Source: an uncultured Oscillospiraceae bacterium | GTDB lineage: Bacteria; Bacillota; Clostridia; Peptostreptococcales; Anaerovoracaceae | Direction: 5' to 3' | NCBI GenBank assembly: GCA_964486295.1 | Contig: CAZAMF010000011.1 | Location: forward strand, 494-64,493 | Length of the DNA stretch: 64,000 nucleotides | Part shown: in pieces, positions 1-11,174 of the stretch | Layout of the letters: each line of letters starts with the position of its first letter | Position numbering within the stretch: position 1 is the stretch's first letter | Position numbers and translations under genes: made by a program | Notes under the pieces: model-generated | Told to the model about the DNA's origin: nothing | What the model saw: the letters and a program-made list of their open reading frames with translations, nothing else | Databases searched by the model: none

Positions 1-459
1 TTTCGCGTCCGAATGGAACAGGATAAACTGATTGCTTCCCTGAAATGGAGAGGCAAGTGCGAAGGTGCGTTGCATAAACGTGAAGAAATCAATGTCCCTG
101 TAGATAATCCGGATTGTTTTTTAATGCCGGATCCGGGGATTTTCAAGGAGAGCGAAATCGGGAAAGAAGTTATGAGGCTCGTAGAAGGGAAACCTCTCGT
201 TTCCATAATGGAAATCGTTTTCATGAGAAGCCGTTTTAAAGTCGATACCGGCGGCAGTATTGTTGAAGTTTCTTTAGATGTAGGTGAAATTATGACTGAG
301 GCGGGCAACCAGCAATTTTGTGAGTTGGAGCTGGAGTTATACTCCGGCAGCGAAGAGGAACTTATGGTGCTGGGGAACAAATTGTCCGAGCAGTATGGAT
401 TGCATGGCAATCCCGAGAGTAAGTACGTGAGAGGCTTGCGTTTACTGGGTATACGATGA
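1..459 (+). CDS. CYTH-domain (CyaB/ThTPase-like triphosphate tunnel) protein, 5' end outside window
   Basis: Frame is open from base 1. C-terminal part has alternating acidic strand motif FCELELELY typical of CYTH enzymes. Hairpin terminator follows. Confidence 0.55.
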   Translation, partial: FRVRMEQDKLIASLKWRGKCEGALHKREEINVPVDNPDCFLMPDPGIFKESEIGKEVMRLVEGKPLVSIMEIVFMRSRFKVDTGGSIVEVSLDVGEIMTEAGNQQFCELELELYSGSEEELMVLGNKLSEQYGLHGNPESKYVRGLRLLGIR

Positions 460-463
460 CTTT

Positions 464-486
464 AAAGGGCTGATAAAGCCCTTTTT
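464..486 (+). terminator. Intrinsic terminator
   Basis: AAGGGCT-gataa-AGCCCTT stem-loop followed by T run. Confidence 0.6.
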
Positions 487-619
487 CATTGTCATTTTCA
501 TTTACTTATATATAAATATAGGTTATAATAATATGCGTTCTGCGCCCGGATCAAGAATCCGGCTATATAATCGTTAAGAGATCTGAAAAAATGAATAATA
601 TATGGAGGATAAATAAACA

Positions 620-1903
620 ATGAAGGCAACATTTATAGCAAAAGAAAAAAATGACGTCAAATTTTCAATGGAGTTTACAGCAGAAGAATTTGAGAAGGCC
701 GTCAACACTGCATATCAGGAAAACAAGGGCAAGTTTACGGTAGATGGCTTCAGAAAAGGCAAAGCTCCAAGAAAAATCATAGAAGCTCGTTATGGAGCTG
801 AGATTTTCTTCGATGATGCCATCGATAAACTCTTTTCTGAGGAATATGGCAAAGCAATCGAGGAATTGAAATTGGAAGTGATCGACAGACCAAGAGTCGA
901 GCTGGGCCAGATCGAAGCAGGTAAAGGTTTTACAGCTACGGTTACTGTAGAAACTTATCCGGAATTTGAAGTGAAAGACTATTTCGGGATAAAGATCGAC
1001 AAAATCGAAGAAGTTGTGGATGATGAGAGAATCGAAGCGGAGATGAAGAAGCTTCAGGAAAGAAATTCCAGAATGGTCAACGTCGAAAGACCTGCACAGA
1101 ACGGCGACACTGTGCTGATCGATTATTCCGGATTTGTAGGAGACGAGCAGTTCGAAGGCGGCACAGCCGAGAGATATCCGTTGAAAATAGGATCAAACAC
1201 ATTTATTCCGGGATTTGAAGAACAGCTGATCGGGGCTACTGTGGGTTCTGACATGGATGTCAAAGTAACCTTCCCGGAAGAGTACCATGCGGAAAATCTG
1301 GCCGGCCAGGAGGCCGTGTTCAAATGCCATATACACGAAATCAAAGAAGAACAGCTGCCTGAACTGAACGATGAATTTGCAAAAGACATCAGTGAATGGG
1401 ATACGCTGGAGGATCTTAAAAAAGATACCCGTGCAAATTTGGAGAAGGCAGCCGCAGCAAGATCTACAGACAAAATGAAGAATGCGGTTCTTGAAAAGAT
1501 CTATGAAGCAAATGACATCCAGGTTCCGAATGCAATGGTTGAAGAGGAAATCGACAATATGATGACTGAGTTCGACCAACAGCTCAGATATCAGGGACTC
1601 GACCTGAACAAATATTTTGAGTATCTCAACAAGGAGCCAAAAGAGTTCAGAGAAGAGATGCGCGAAGACGCATATAAGAAAGTGAAGACCCGCATGATCG
1701 TAGGAAAAATCTCCGATCTGGAAAAGATCGAAGCCTCAGAAGAGGATCTTGACAAGCATTTTGAGCTGCTGGGAATGCAGTATCAGATGGATGCGCAGAA
1801 AGTCAGAGAAGTCGTGGGCGAAGCGAACAGAGGTCTTTTTGAAAAAGATATCAAGATGAAGAAAGCACTGGATCTGATATTTGAAAAGGCGGATATCAAT
1901 TAG
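620..1903 (+). CDS. tig: Trigger factor
   Basis: 427 aa with GGAGG RBS. Ribosome-binding GFRKGKAP motif and central FKBP-type PPIase region. Canonical tig-clpP-clpX order. Confidence 0.95.
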   Translation: MKATFIAKEKNDVKFSMEFTAEEFEKAVNTAYQENKGKFTVDGFRKGKAPRKIIEARYGAEIFFDDAIDKLFSEEYGKAIEELKLEVIDRPRVELGQIEAGKGFTATVTVETYPEFEVKDYFGIKIDKIEEVVDDERIEAEMKKLQERNSRMVNVERPAQNGDTVLIDYSGFVGDEQFEGGTAERYPLKIGSNTFIPGFEEQLIGATVGSDMDVKVTFPEEYHAENLAGQEAVFKCHIHEIKEEQLPELNDEFAKDISEWDTLEDLKKDTRANLEKAAAARSTDKMKNAVLEKIYEANDIQVPNAMVEEEIDNMMTEFDQQLRYQGLDLNKYFEYLNKEPKEFREEMREDAYKKVKTRMIVGKISDLEKIEASEEDLDKHFELLGMQYQMDAQKVREVVGEANRGLFEKDIKMKKALDLIFEKADIN

Positions 1904-1951
1904 TGCGTATATGCTTATTATAACAGCGATAAAGAAAGGGAGGGCTCACAA

Positions 1952-2533
1952 ATGGCTTTAATACCTTATGTTGTAGAACAGACATCCAAAGGTGAAAGAT
2001 CATATGACATCTATTCCAGACTGCTTAAAGACAGGATCATATTTATCGGTGAGGAAATCGATGAGCATTTGGCCAGTGTAGTAGTTGCGCAGCTTCTCTT
2101 TCTTGAAGCTGAAGACCCGGACAAAGATATCAGTATTTATATCAACAGCCCGGGGGGCAGTGTAACAGCGGGAATGGCTATTTATGACACGATTCAGTTC
2201 ATCAGACCGGAGGTGTCCACGATCTGCATGGGGATGGCCGCCAGCATGGCAGCGTTCCTTCTGGCAACAGGTGCGAAAGGAAAGAGATTTGCTCTGCCGA
2301 ACGCCGAAATTATGATCCATCAGCCTTTGGGAGGGATTTCGGGACAGGCGGAAGACATTAGGATCCATGCGGAGCATATATTAAAAACCAGAAGCAAGCT
2401 GAATAAAATATTATCGGAAGTCACGGGGAAGACACTGGAAGTAATAGAGAAGGATACGGATAGGGATAACTTTATGAGTGCGGATGAAGCCAGGGAATAC
2501 GGCATCATTGACAGCGTCAAAAAGTCCAGGTAA
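1952..2533 (+). CDS. clpP: ATP-dependent Clp protease proteolytic subunit
   Basis: 193 aa with ClpP motifs [11 protein letters not shown] (catalytic Ser) and IMIHQPLGG (His). Confidence 0.97.
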   Translation: MALIPYVVEQTSKGERSYDIYSRLLKDRIIFIGEEIDEHLASVVVAQLLFLEAEDPDKDISIYINSPGGSVTAGMAIYDTIQFIRPEVSTICMGMAASMAAFLLATGAKGKRFALPNAEIMIHQPLGGISGQAEDIRIHAEHILKTRSKLNKILSEVTGKTLEVIEKDTDRDNFMSADEAREYGIIDSVKKSR

Positions 2534-2546
2534 CGGGGGAACAATA

Positions 2547-3857
2547 ATGTCAAAATATGATGACGAAAAACAGCTTTGCTGCTCTTTCTGCGGAAAGCCG
2601 CAAAGCAAAGTCAGAAGATTGATTGCGGGGCCAAATGTATACATTTGTGATGAATGCATCGAGCTTTGCATGGATATCATCGAGGGGGAACTGGAAGAAA
2701 CATATCGTGAATCCGAAAAGGACAAAAATTCGGATATGGTTTTGCTTAAGCCGAAAGCGATTATGGAAAAATTATCGGAATACGTCATTGGGCAAGACGA
2801 AGCTAAAAAGGCTTTGGCAGTTGCCGTATACAATCATTATAAAAGAATCAACAATCTGAAGATGAAGGATGATGTTGAACTTCAGAAGAGCAACGTGGTC
2901 ATGATCGGACCGACGGGCTGTGGTAAAACCTTGCTTGCCCAGACCCTGGCTAAAATACTTCAGGTACCTTTTGCCATTGCTGATGCGACAGCATTGACCG
3001 AAGCGGGATACGTGGGTGAAGATGTGGAAAATATCCTCCTGAAACTGATTCAGGCAGCGGACTATGATATTTCAAAGGCCGAGAAGGGTATTATATACAT
3101 TGATGAGATCGATAAGATCGCAAGGAAATCAGAGAACGTTTCGATCACAAGGGATGTCAGCGGAGAAGGTGTTCAGCAGGCGCTTCTGAAAATAATTGAA
3201 GGCACTATTGCCTCTGTACCGCCACAAGGCGGCAGGAAGCACCCTCAACAGGAGTTTATTCAATTTGACACCACGAATGTCATGTTCATATGCGGCGGTG
3301 CTTTTGACGGCCTTGACAAGATCATACAGCGGCGGATCGGAGAAAAAACTATCGGGTTTAATTCCGAGTTGAAAAAAGGTGCTGAAGACGAAAACAACCT
3401 CATCAAAATGGTTCAGCCTGAAGACCTTCTGAAGTTCGGACTGATACCGGAGTTCATAGGAAGACTTCCTTCTATCGTTACGTTGGATGAACTTTCAAAA
3501 GAAGCGCTGGTCAAAATCATTACGGAACCGAAAAATGCGCTGATGAAGCAGTATAAAAAGCTTCTGGAGATGGACGATGTAGAGTTTGAAATCGAAGAGG
3601 AGGCTCTCCAGGCAATCGCCGAAAAAGCCATAGAAAAGAAAACCGGCGCCAGAGGTCTCAGGAGCATTCTTGAAAAAACAATGACTGACATCATGTTTGA
3701 GATTCCATCCAGACAGGATGTAGTCAGATGCACAATCACCAGAGAAACCATCATGGATAACGAAAAACCGAATCTGACACTTATCGATAAGGTGCCTAAG
3801 CCTGCAACAGTATCAAAAAAAGCAAGAATCAGCAAGAAGCAGGAGTCGGCATCGTAA
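2547..3857 (+). CDS. clpX: ATP-dependent Clp protease ATP-binding subunit ClpX
   Basis: C4 zinc finger CSFCGK..CDEC and Walker A GPTGCGKT. Start set at ATG 2547 (MSKYDD); the ORF-track start at 2478 would overlap clpP. Confidence 0.95.
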   Translation: MSKYDDEKQLCCSFCGKPQSKVRRLIAGPNVYICDECIELCMDIIEGELEETYRESEKDKNSDMVLLKPKAIMEKLSEYVIGQDEAKKALAVAVYNHYKRINNLKMKDDVELQKSNVVMIGPTGCGKTLLAQTLAKILQVPFAIADATALTEAGYVGEDVENILLKLIQAADYDISKAEKGIIYIDEIDKIARKSENVSITRDVSGEGVQQALLKIIEGTIASVPPQGGRKHPQQEFIQFDTTNVMFICGGAFDGLDKIIQRRIGEKTIGFNSELKKGAEDENNLIKMVQPEDLLKFGLIPEFIGRLPSIVTLDELSKEALVKIITEPKNALMKQYKKLLEMDDVEFEIEEEALQAIAEKAIEKKTGARGLRSILEKTMTDIMFEIPSRQDVVRCTITRETIMDNEKPNLTLIDKVPKPATVSKKARISKKQESAS

Positions 3858-3872
3858 AATGGGGGGAGATTT

Positions 3873-6359
3873 ATGAACAAAAAAGAAAAAGATTATGAAG
3901 ATAAAATAGAAAAAGAAACTCAGCAAGAGGAAAAAGAACCGGCAGAAAAAACAGAAGCTGAAGACCAGATGGAAGAACTCCTGGACAACGAAGACAGCAC
4001 ACTAAAGACTCTGCCGATGATCCCGCTGAGAGGACTTGCTATATTTCCGAATATGGTGCTTCATTTCGACATAGGCAGGGAGAAATCCATCAACGCGCTG
4101 GAAAAAGCCATGATACTGAACAAGCACATATTCCTTGCTACTCAAAAAGACGAGAATACGGATTTGCCTACATCAGCCGATTTTTATCACATCGGTACAG
4201 TGGCAAAAATCAAACAGATGCTGAAACTGCCCGGGGATAACATCAGAGTGCTGGTTGAGGGAATTGCCAGAGCAGAGATTAAGGATATCGTTTTTGAGGT
4301 GCCTTATTTCAGATGTGCCGTCAATACGATCCCGGATGTTGAGCCGGATATTGACGATCCAACGATTCAGGCATTGATCCGGCTTGCCATTAATTCTTTC
4401 GATGAGTATATGGAGTTGAAGCCGAACGGGCAGAGAGACCTGCTCCCAACGATTATGAGCATCAAAGAGCCGGGCCGTCTTGCCGACATGATCGCCTCTC
4501 ATATTGAAATCAAGATCGAGGACAAGCAAGCGATCCTCGAGGCATTTGATGTGAAGAAACGTCTGGAACTGATCAATGATATTCTGGCGAGAGAAATAGA
4601 AATCCTGAACATCGAACAGGATATCAACTTCAAAGTCAAATCACAGATCGACAAGAATCAGCGCGAATATTATCTGCGCGAGCAGATGCGTGCGATCCAG
4701 GACGAACTGGGTATGGATGAAGACGTTGAAAGCGAGATGGATGAATGGTTCAAGCAGCTTAAAAAACTGAAGCTTCCTGAAAAAACAAATGACAAAGTTG
4801 AAAAAGAGATCAAACGTTTCGGAAAGATGATGCCTTCATCGGCAGAAGCCTCTGTCAGCAGGACCTATATTGAAACCATACTGGCATTGCCTTGGAATAA
4901 AAGCTCTAAAGGCAAAATCGATATGAAAAAGGCCGAAGAAATTTTGAACAGCGACCATTACGGCCTGGAAAAAGTCAAAGAGAGAGTACTGGAATATCTT
5001 GCGGTGGTCCAGCTTTCCAAGGGATTGAAAGGACCGATCCTTTGTCTCGTCGGCCCTCCGGGCGTCGGCAAAACATCAGTCGCAAAATCTGTAGCGCGGG
5101 CAATCGACAGGGAGTTTGTCCGTATGTCCCTGGGAGGCATGAGGGATGAAGCGGAAATAAGAGGACACAGAAGGACATACATCGGAGCCATTCCGGGAAG
5201 GGTCATTTCTTGCATCAAAGATGCTGGAACCAACAACCCGGTATTCCTTTTGGATGAGGTCGATAAGATCGGTGCAGACTTCAAGGGGGACCCTGCATCA
5301 GCACTGCTGGAAGTTCTCGACCCGGAACAAAACAAAGACTTCACGGATCACTATCTTGAAGTTGCTTTTGACTTGTCCAAAGTCATGTTTATCACTACAG
5401 CTAATACCACAGATACCATCCCGAGGCCTCTTTTGGACAGGATGGAGGTCATTGAGGTTCCCGGCTATACTTCGGAAGAAAAAGTCAGGATCGCTATGAA
5501 CTTCCTTTTACCGAAAAAGATTGCTGAGCATGGACTCAAAGATGAAGACATCCAGATCCCGGAAGAGACCGTCCGTGATATTATAAACTATTACACTAGA
5601 GAATCAGGCGTAAGAAATCTCGAGAGAGAGATCGCAAATTTGTGCCGCAAGGTTGCTCGAAAGATCGTAACGGATGGAAGAGCCCGCTTTGACATCACGC
5701 CGGAAATGCTGGAAAGCTATCTGGGCAAACGCAAATACAGATACGATATTATTGAAGGGGACGAGGAGATCGGCGTTGTGACAGGCTTGGCCTGGACCGT
5801 CGTCGGAGGGGACACTCTCTTTATCGAAACTTCGGCAGTTCCGGGCAGCGGGAAACTGGAGCTCACCGGACAGATGGGAGACGTCATGCAGGAATCTGCC
5901 AGGGCAGGGATCAGCTACATCAGAAACAAGGCAGCTGCATTCGGTATCGATGTGGACTTCTATAAAAAACTGGACCTTCATATTCATATTCCTGAGGGCG
6001 CGGTACCGAAAGACGGACCGAGCGCAGGAGTAACCATGTGCACCGCCATGATTTCAACCCTGACCGGTATAGCTGTCAGGAAGGATGTTGCCATGACAGG
6101 CGAAGTGACCCTTAGGGGGAAAGTACTTCCTGTCGGTGGTATCCGGGAAAAAGTACTGGCCGCTCACAGAGCCGGAATCAAGAAAGTGCTTTTACCTGTG
6201 GAAAATGAAAAAGATCTGGATGACCTCCCTGAAAATATCAGAGCAGCCATGGTCTTTGTGCTGATCAAGACGGTGGATGAAGCTTTGGAAAACGCTCTGG
6301 TCAGAAAGCCAAAGGCAAAAGTGCAGAAAAGCAGCGCTGAAAAGGTCAAAGAACAATGA
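3873..6359 (+). CDS. lon: Lon protease (LonA)
   Basis: 828 aa with Lon N-domain, Walker [10 protein letters not shown] and protease Ser motif PKDGPSAG. Confidence 0.96.
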   Translation: MNKKEKDYEDKIEKETQQEEKEPAEKTEAEDQMEELLDNEDSTLKTLPMIPLRGLAIFPNMVLHFDIGREKSINALEKAMILNKHIFLATQKDENTDLPTSADFYHIGTVAKIKQMLKLPGDNIRVLVEGIARAEIKDIVFEVPYFRCAVNTIPDVEPDIDDPTIQALIRLAINSFDEYMELKPNGQRDLLPTIMSIKEPGRLADMIASHIEIKIEDKQAILEAFDVKKRLELINDILAREIEILNIEQDINFKVKSQIDKNQREYYLREQMRAIQDELGMDEDVESEMDEWFKQLKKLKLPEKTNDKVEKEIKRFGKMMPSSAEASVSRTYIETILALPWNKSSKGKIDMKKAEEILNSDHYGLEKVKERVLEYLAVVQLSKGLKGPILCLVGPPGVGKTSVAKSVARAIDREFVRMSLGGMRDEAEIRGHRRTYIGAIPGRVISCIKDAGTNNPVFLLDEVDKIGADFKGDPASALLEVLDPEQNKDFTDHYLEVAFDLSKVMFITTANTTDTIPRPLLDRMEVIEVPGYTSEEKVRIAMNFLLPKKIAEHGLKDEDIQIPEETVRDIINYYTRESGVRNLEREIANLCRKVARKIVTDGRARFDITPEMLESYLGKRKYRYDIIEGDEEIGVVTGLAWTVVGGDTLFIETSAVPGSGKLELTGQMGDVMQESARAGISYIRNKAAAFGIDVDFYKKLDLHIHIPEGAVPKDGPSAGVTMCTAMISTLTGIAVRKDVAMTGEVTLRGKVLPVGGIREKVLAAHRAGIKKVLLPVENEKDLDDLPENIRAAMVFVLIKTVDEALENALVRKPKAKVQKSSAEKVKEQ

Positions 6360-6955
6360 TTATTAAAAAAGCCGAACTGGTGGCTGTTGCAGTCAAGCCG
6401 ACACAATATCCCAGTGATGATAAAAAGGAAATAGCTTTTGCCGGCCGATCAAACGTCGGGAAGTCTTCTCTTTTGAATCTGCTGACGAACCGAAAAAACC
6501 TGGCCAGAGTATCCGGGAACCCCGGCAAAACCAGAACGATCAATTTCTATGAGATCAACGAGGGTTTCAGGATCGTGGACCTTCCCGGGTATGGATATGC
6601 AAAGGTATCGAAATCTCTGACAGAATCCTGGGGCGAAATGATCGAAGCTTATCTGAATGGCAGAAAAGGGCTTCTAAAAGTGATCCAGCTTGTTGATATC
6701 AGACACATACCATCGGCCCAGGACATTCAGATGTATGAATATCTGAGGCATTATGGCCTTGACGGGGTCGTTGTAGCGACCAAGGCCGATAAAGTGTCCA
6801 ACAACGACTTGCTCAAATGCATGAGCGTGATCAGAAAAACTCTGAACCTCTCGAATGAGGATATCGTTATTCCGGTTTCAACGCTCAAGCGCACCGGTAT
6901 AGACAAATTAACGGAGGTTATGGATGCCATATATCAGCTTCCAGGTGATCGTTAA
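6356..6955 (+). CDS. engB: Ribosome biogenesis GTPase YihA/EngB
   Basis: G1 motif GRSNVGKSS and G3 DLPGYG. ATGA overlap with the lon stop. Confidence 0.93.
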   Translation: MIIKKAELVAVAVKPTQYPSDDKKEIAFAGRSNVGKSSLLNLLTNRKNLARVSGNPGKTRTINFYEINEGFRIVDLPGYGYAKVSKSLTESWGEMIEAYLNGRKGLLKVIQLVDIRHIPSAQDIQMYEYLRHYGLDGVVVATKADKVSNNDLLKCMSVIRKTLNLSNEDIVIPVSTLKRTGIDKLTEVMDAIYQLPGDR

Positions 6956-6977
6956 AAGAATCAAAGCAATCAAATTT

Positions 6978-7280
6978 ATGATGAAGGATCCTAAGGTTAA
7001 AAGAAGAAAAAAGCTTCTCGTAATTGCAGGCTTGTTTTATCTGTTTCTTCCGATCGATCTGATCCCGATAGCAATTTTCCCGCTTGGACTATTGGACGAT
7101 ACCCTTTTATGGATCTGGATTTTATGGTACTTGAGAGAGACGCTGGACACTTATTGGCTGGGCGAGAAGACCGTGGATTTATCCAGAACCTATCGAGGCA
7201 AGACCATTATCGACGATGTCGAATATGAAGTAAAGGAAGAGGGCTCCGTTAAAGCCGATACCGAAAAAAATAAGGGGTAA
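6978..7280 (+). CDS. DUF1232 (YkvA-like) small membrane protein
   Basis: Motif YLFLPIDLIPIAIFPLGLLDD is typical of DUF1232. Start at ATG 6978 chosen to avoid overlap with engB (the ORF extends up to 6924). Confidence 0.7.
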   Translation: MMKDPKVKRRKKLLVIAGLFYLFLPIDLIPIAIFPLGLLDDTLLWIWILWYLRETLDTYWLGEKTVDLSRTYRGKTIIDDVEYEVKEEGSVKADTEKNKG

Positions 7281-7284
7281 GTGA

Positions 7285-7815
7285 ATGAACAACGATTATC
7301 AGATCGGAACAACATTGATTACTGAAGAGCAGATCCGCGTGAGAGCTAAGGAGATCGGAGAACAGATTACAGCGGAATTCAGAGGTCAGGAAGTTCTTTT
7401 TATAGGAATTCTTAAAGGCGCCATATTATGGCTTGCAGATGTTGTCAAGAATGTGTCTTTGGATACAAAACTGGATTTTATGGCTGTGTCAAGCTATGGG
7501 GCGGAGACCAGGACTTCAGGAGTAGTCAGGATTGTAAAGGACCTCGACTCCAGCATTGAAGACAAAAATGTCATCATCGTTGAGGATATTGTCGATTCAG
7601 GAATCACCTTGAATTATTTAAAGGGATATTTGAACGGCAGAAAACCGAAAAGTCTGAAGATATGCACACTTCTGGATAAGCCGGCTGGCAGAAGAATAGA
7701 AATTCAGGCTGATTATGTCGGTTTTGAAGTGGAGGATAAATTTATTGTGGGTTATGGTCTTGACTATAACCAGAAATACAGAAATTTGCCATATATCAGC
7801 TATCTTGAAGAATGA
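7285..7815 (+). CDS. hpt: Hypoxanthine phosphoribosyltransferase
   Basis: 176 aa with PRPP-binding loop VIIVEDIVDSGIT and C-terminal FIVGYGLDY. Confidence 0.94.
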   Translation: MNNDYQIGTTLITEEQIRVRAKEIGEQITAEFRGQEVLFIGILKGAILWLADVVKNVSLDTKLDFMAVSSYGAETRTSGVVRIVKDLDSSIEDKNVIIVEDIVDSGITLNYLKGYLNGRKPKSLKICTLLDKPAGRRIEIQADYVGFEVEDKFIVGYGLDYNQKYRNLPYISYLEE

Positions 7816-7875
7816 AGGCGGAGCCGGTAAAATTTATCAATCATTAATATTAATTAATACAAAGGAGATATCGAA

Positions 7876-8448
7876 ATGGGTTACAAAGTACAAATAGGTT
7901 TATCAAACAAACACTTGCATCTTTCTTCAAAAGATGTGGAAACCCTGTTCGGCAAAGGATACAAGCTTACCCCGTCCAAGGATCTTGTTCAGCCGGGTCA
8001 GTTTGCTGCCGAAGAAAAAGTGGACATCGTAGGCCCTAAAGGCACGCTGAAGGGAATCAGAGTCCTGGGTCCTGAAAGACCTGAAACTCAGGTTGAGCTA
8101 GCCATGACTGATGCAAGAGCTATTGGAATCAAAGCTCCTGTCAGAGAATCAGGCAAGCTGGAAGGGACTCCGGGATGCACGATCGTTGGCCCGAACGGCA
8201 GTGTTGATATTGACCATGGCGTTATCGTAGCCATGCGCCATGTCCATCTTTCCCCAAGCGAAGCCATAGAAGCCGGGGTAAAGGACAAGGATTGTGTCAG
8301 CATCAGAGTTGGCGGTGAAAGGGGCCTGATATTCGAGAATGTATTGATCAGATCAGGAGAAGGCCACAAAAGAGAATGCCATCTGGACACCGATGAGGGG
8401 AACGCAGCAGGATGCGGCCCGGATGCAGAATGTGAAATATTAGTTTAG
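7876..8448 (+). CDS. pduL: Phosphate propanoyl/acetyl-transferase PduL
   Basis: 190 aa. Duplicated PduL motifs SNKHLHLS and AMRHVHLS. Good RBS. Confidence 0.85.
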   Translation: MGYKVQIGLSNKHLHLSSKDVETLFGKGYKLTPSKDLVQPGQFAAEEKVDIVGPKGTLKGIRVLGPERPETQVELAMTDARAIGIKAPVRESGKLEGTPGCTIVGPNGSVDIDHGVIVAMRHVHLSPSEAIEAGVKDKDCVSIRVGGERGLIFENVLIRSGEGHKRECHLDTDEGNAAGCGPDAECEILV

Positions 8449-8475
8449 TACCCAAAAGAAGCACTTAGCCAGAAC

Positions 8476-8505
8476 AAAGCCCGCTTGTTTTCAGCGGGCT
8501 TTATG
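8476..8505 (+). terminator. Intrinsic terminator
   Basis: AAGCCCGC-ttgttttca-GCGGGCTT followed by a T-rich tail. Confidence 0.7.
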
Positions 8506-8544
8506 ATAGATTGAGAAAGTTCTTCCCAAAAGCAGGAGGGAATT

Positions 8545-9216
8545 GTGAAACCGTTAAACAAATATTTTGATCATACTTTACTGAAGGCCGAAGCCACCAC
8601 TGAACAGATCAAACTGCTATGTACGGAAGCCAGGGAATACGATTTCTACTCAGTGTGCGTCAATACTTGCTATGTACCCCTGGCGGTTTCAGAACTCAAG
8701 GGAACGGATATCAAAGTGGCTGCAGTGGTAGGATTCCCATTGGGCGCGATGTCCACGGAAGCTAAAGCTTATGAAACGGACTGGGCTTGTGAAAACGGTG
8801 CGGCTGAGATCGACATGGTGATCAATATCGGAGCGCTGAAGGAAGGTCGTCATGAGTATGTAGAAGGCGATATTTCCGCTGTCTGCTCATTCGCTGCGCA
8901 ATACAAGGCCAAGGTTAAAGTAATACTGGAAACTTGTATGCTGACGGACGAAGAGATCGTAACCGCATGCGCTATCGCTGAGAAAGCGGGAGCTGATTTC
9001 GTTAAAACATCCACCGGATTCTCCACCGGCGGAGCAACAGCCAAACAAGTTGAACTGATGAAAAAAGCAGTCGGAAACAGACTGGAAGTTAAAGCATCCG
9101 GTGGAATTCGCGACTATAAAACAGCGAGAGAAATGATAGAGGCAGGTGCTGACCGACTTGGCGCATCCGCATCGGTGTCGATCATGAAAGAAGCCGGACT
9201 ATATAACAAGGAGTAA
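8545..9216 (+). CDS. deoC: Deoxyribose-phosphate aldolase
   Basis: 223 aa with GTG start. DeoC motifs FDHTLLK and DFVKTSTGF (Schiff-base Lys). Confidence 0.92.
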   Translation: MKPLNKYFDHTLLKAEATTEQIKLLCTEAREYDFYSVCVNTCYVPLAVSELKGTDIKVAAVVGFPLGAMSTEAKAYETDWACENGAAEIDMVINIGALKEGRHEYVEGDISAVCSFAAQYKAKVKVILETCMLTDEEIVTACAIAEKAGADFVKTSTGFSTGGATAKQVELMKKAVGNRLEVKASGGIRDYKTAREMIEAGADRLGASASVSIMKEAGLYNKE

Positions 9217-9219
9217 ATT

Positions 9220-10005
9220 ATGTTCATTCCTGATCCGATAGCATTTACAATTCTGGGGTTGGAAGTTCGCTGGTATGGCATTTTAATAGCGGCTGGAATG
9301 ACTCTGGGAACCCTTGTGATGTACCGTCGTGCGGAAAAGCATCAGATCGATCCGGAAAAAATCCTCGATTTCATTATAGCGGGCATTCCGGCAGGGGTAA
9401 TCGGCGCCAGAGCTTATTATGTCATATTCAATTGGTCGAATTATCTCAATCCTGACGGAAGCGCTGACTGGGGCAAAATCATAAATATCCGACTTGGAGG
9501 CCTTGCCATTCATGGCGGGCTGATCCTGGGTTTTGCGGCTGTGTACCTGTTGTGCAGATCGAACAAATATAATGCGGTTAACGTGCTGGACCTTGCCGCT
9601 CCCGGTATCGCCCTGGCTCAGGCTATCGGAAGATGGGGCAATTTTTTCAATTCCGAGGCTCATGGCGGGCCTACGGACTTGCCCTGGGGGATATTGGTGG
9701 ATGGACAGATGGTTCACCCAACCTTCCTTTATGAGTCGATCTGGTGTGCCCTGTTATTCATCTTCCTGATATTTATAGATAACAGAAGAAAATTTACAGG
9801 ACAGACAGTGTTGCTCTATGCTTTTCTCTATTCATTGGAAAGATTTTTTGTGGAAGCACTGAGAACAGACAGTCTTATGATCGGTCCATTTAAACAGGCA
9901 CAGGTTTTCAGCCTGATTGTAATGATCTTTTCAGCAGCCGTGTATTTCTACCTGAATCGTAAATCAAAAAATCTGAATACGGAGAAAAACCCAACCGTTA
10001 AATAA
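9220..10005 (+). CDS. lgt: Prolipoprotein diacylglyceryl transferase
   Basis: Polytopic membrane protein with Lgt signature GRWGNFFNSEAHG. Confidence 0.93.
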   Translation: MFIPDPIAFTILGLEVRWYGILIAAGMTLGTLVMYRRAEKHQIDPEKILDFIIAGIPAGVIGARAYYVIFNWSNYLNPDGSADWGKIINIRLGGLAIHGGLILGFAAVYLLCRSNKYNAVNVLDLAAPGIALAQAIGRWGNFFNSEAHGGPTDLPWGILVDGQMVHPTFLYESIWCALLFIFLIFIDNRRKFTGQTVLLYAFLYSLERFFVEALRTDSLMIGPFKQAQVFSLIVMIFSAAVYFYLNRKSKNLNTEKNPTVK

Positions 10006-10028
10006 ACAAAATCGAAGGAGAATCTGGA

Positions 10029-11126
10029 ATGAAGCTGGGCATAGTTGGTCTCCCGAATGTAGGGAAAAGTACATTGTTTAATGCAATCACAAAGGCTGGA
10101 GCGGAAGCGGCGAATTATCCGTTCTGTACGATAGAGCCGAATGTCGGTGTTGTAACAGTACCGGATGAGAGAATAGATGTACTTCATAAGATGTATAACT
10201 CAAAAAAAACAGTATATACAACCATTGAATTCTATGATATCGCAGGTCTTGTTAAAGGTGCGTCCAAAGGAGAGGGACTCGGGAACAAGTTTCTGGGACA
10301 TATCAGAGAGGTTGCAGCAATTGTCCATGTTGTCCGCTGTTTCGAGGATGAAAATGTCGTCCATGTTGACGGGAAAATAAATCCTTTGTCTGATATAGAT
10401 ACCATCAACACAGAATTGATCTTGTCGGATTTGGAATTGCTGGAAAGACGGATATCAAAAACCGAAAAAAGCCTGAAAGCGGATAAAAATCTCGGAACGG
10501 AACTGGATATCCTGCGGACGGTATATGATACGATGGCGCAAGGCAAATCTGCAAGAGCGCTAGCTGATTCTTTTTCAAAGGATGAGGATGAATTTGTAAA
10601 ATCTTTGGATCTGCTTTCCTATAAACCGGTGATTTATGCTGCCAACGTTTCAGAAAAAGATGTCGCTTCAGGTGACAATGATTTTGTGAAGGCCGTAAAA
10701 GAGTTTGCTGCAGCAGAAGGATCCCAGGTTGTTGTGATTTGCGCAAAAATAGAGGAAGAATTAGCGGAATTGGAAGAGGATGAAAAAAAGATTTTCCTGG
10801 AAGAACTGGGGATCGCCGAATCCGGGCTTGATCAGTTAGTCAAGGCTTCCTATACTCTGCTGGATCTGATTTCGTTCCTGACGGCCGGAGAACCGGAAGT
10901 CCGTGCATGGACCATAAGAAGAGGGACTAAAGCGCCTCAGGCGGCCGGCAAGATCCATACGGATTTTGAAAAAGGCTTTATCAGAGCCGAAACCATTGCT
11001 TACGATAAACTGATTGAATGCGGCGGCAACCTGGCGCAGGCCAGGGAAAAAGGTCTGGTCAGATCTGAAGGCAAGGAATATGTCATGAAGGATGGCGATA
11101 TTGTGCATTTCCTGTTTAATGTTTAA
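10029..11126 (+). CDS. ychF: Redox-regulated ATPase YchF
   Basis: G1 GLPNVGKST, coiled-coil insert, and C-terminal TGS-like domain ending DGDIVHFLFNV. Confidence 0.95.
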   Translation: MKLGIVGLPNVGKSTLFNAITKAGAEAANYPFCTIEPNVGVVTVPDERIDVLHKMYNSKKTVYTTIEFYDIAGLVKGASKGEGLGNKFLGHIREVAAIVHVVRCFEDENVVHVDGKINPLSDIDTINTELILSDLELLERRISKTEKSLKADKNLGTELDILRTVYDTMAQGKSARALADSFSKDEDEFVKSLDLLSYKPVIYAANVSEKDVASGDNDFVKAVKEFAAAEGSQVVVICAKIEEELAELEEDEKKIFLEELGIAESGLDQLVKASYTLLDLISFLTAGEPEVRAWTIRRGTKAPQAAGKIHTDFEKGFIRAETIAYDKLIECGGNLAQAREKGLVRSEGKEYVMKDGDIVHFLFNV

Positions 11127-11174
11127 TACAAATATTGTGCATTTATATTTATCAAAAAGGAGGGTCAACAGTCA

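Noticed and set aside
2478-2546. Upstream extensions of clpX (2478), ftsW (26038), pheT (32252), argS (37822), ecfT (59348), the ECF ATPase fusion (60268), Y-pol (55471) and the lipoprotein (18317)
   Set aside because: Each extension overlaps the preceding gene or a promoter. Internal ATGs with RBSs give the conserved family N-termini.
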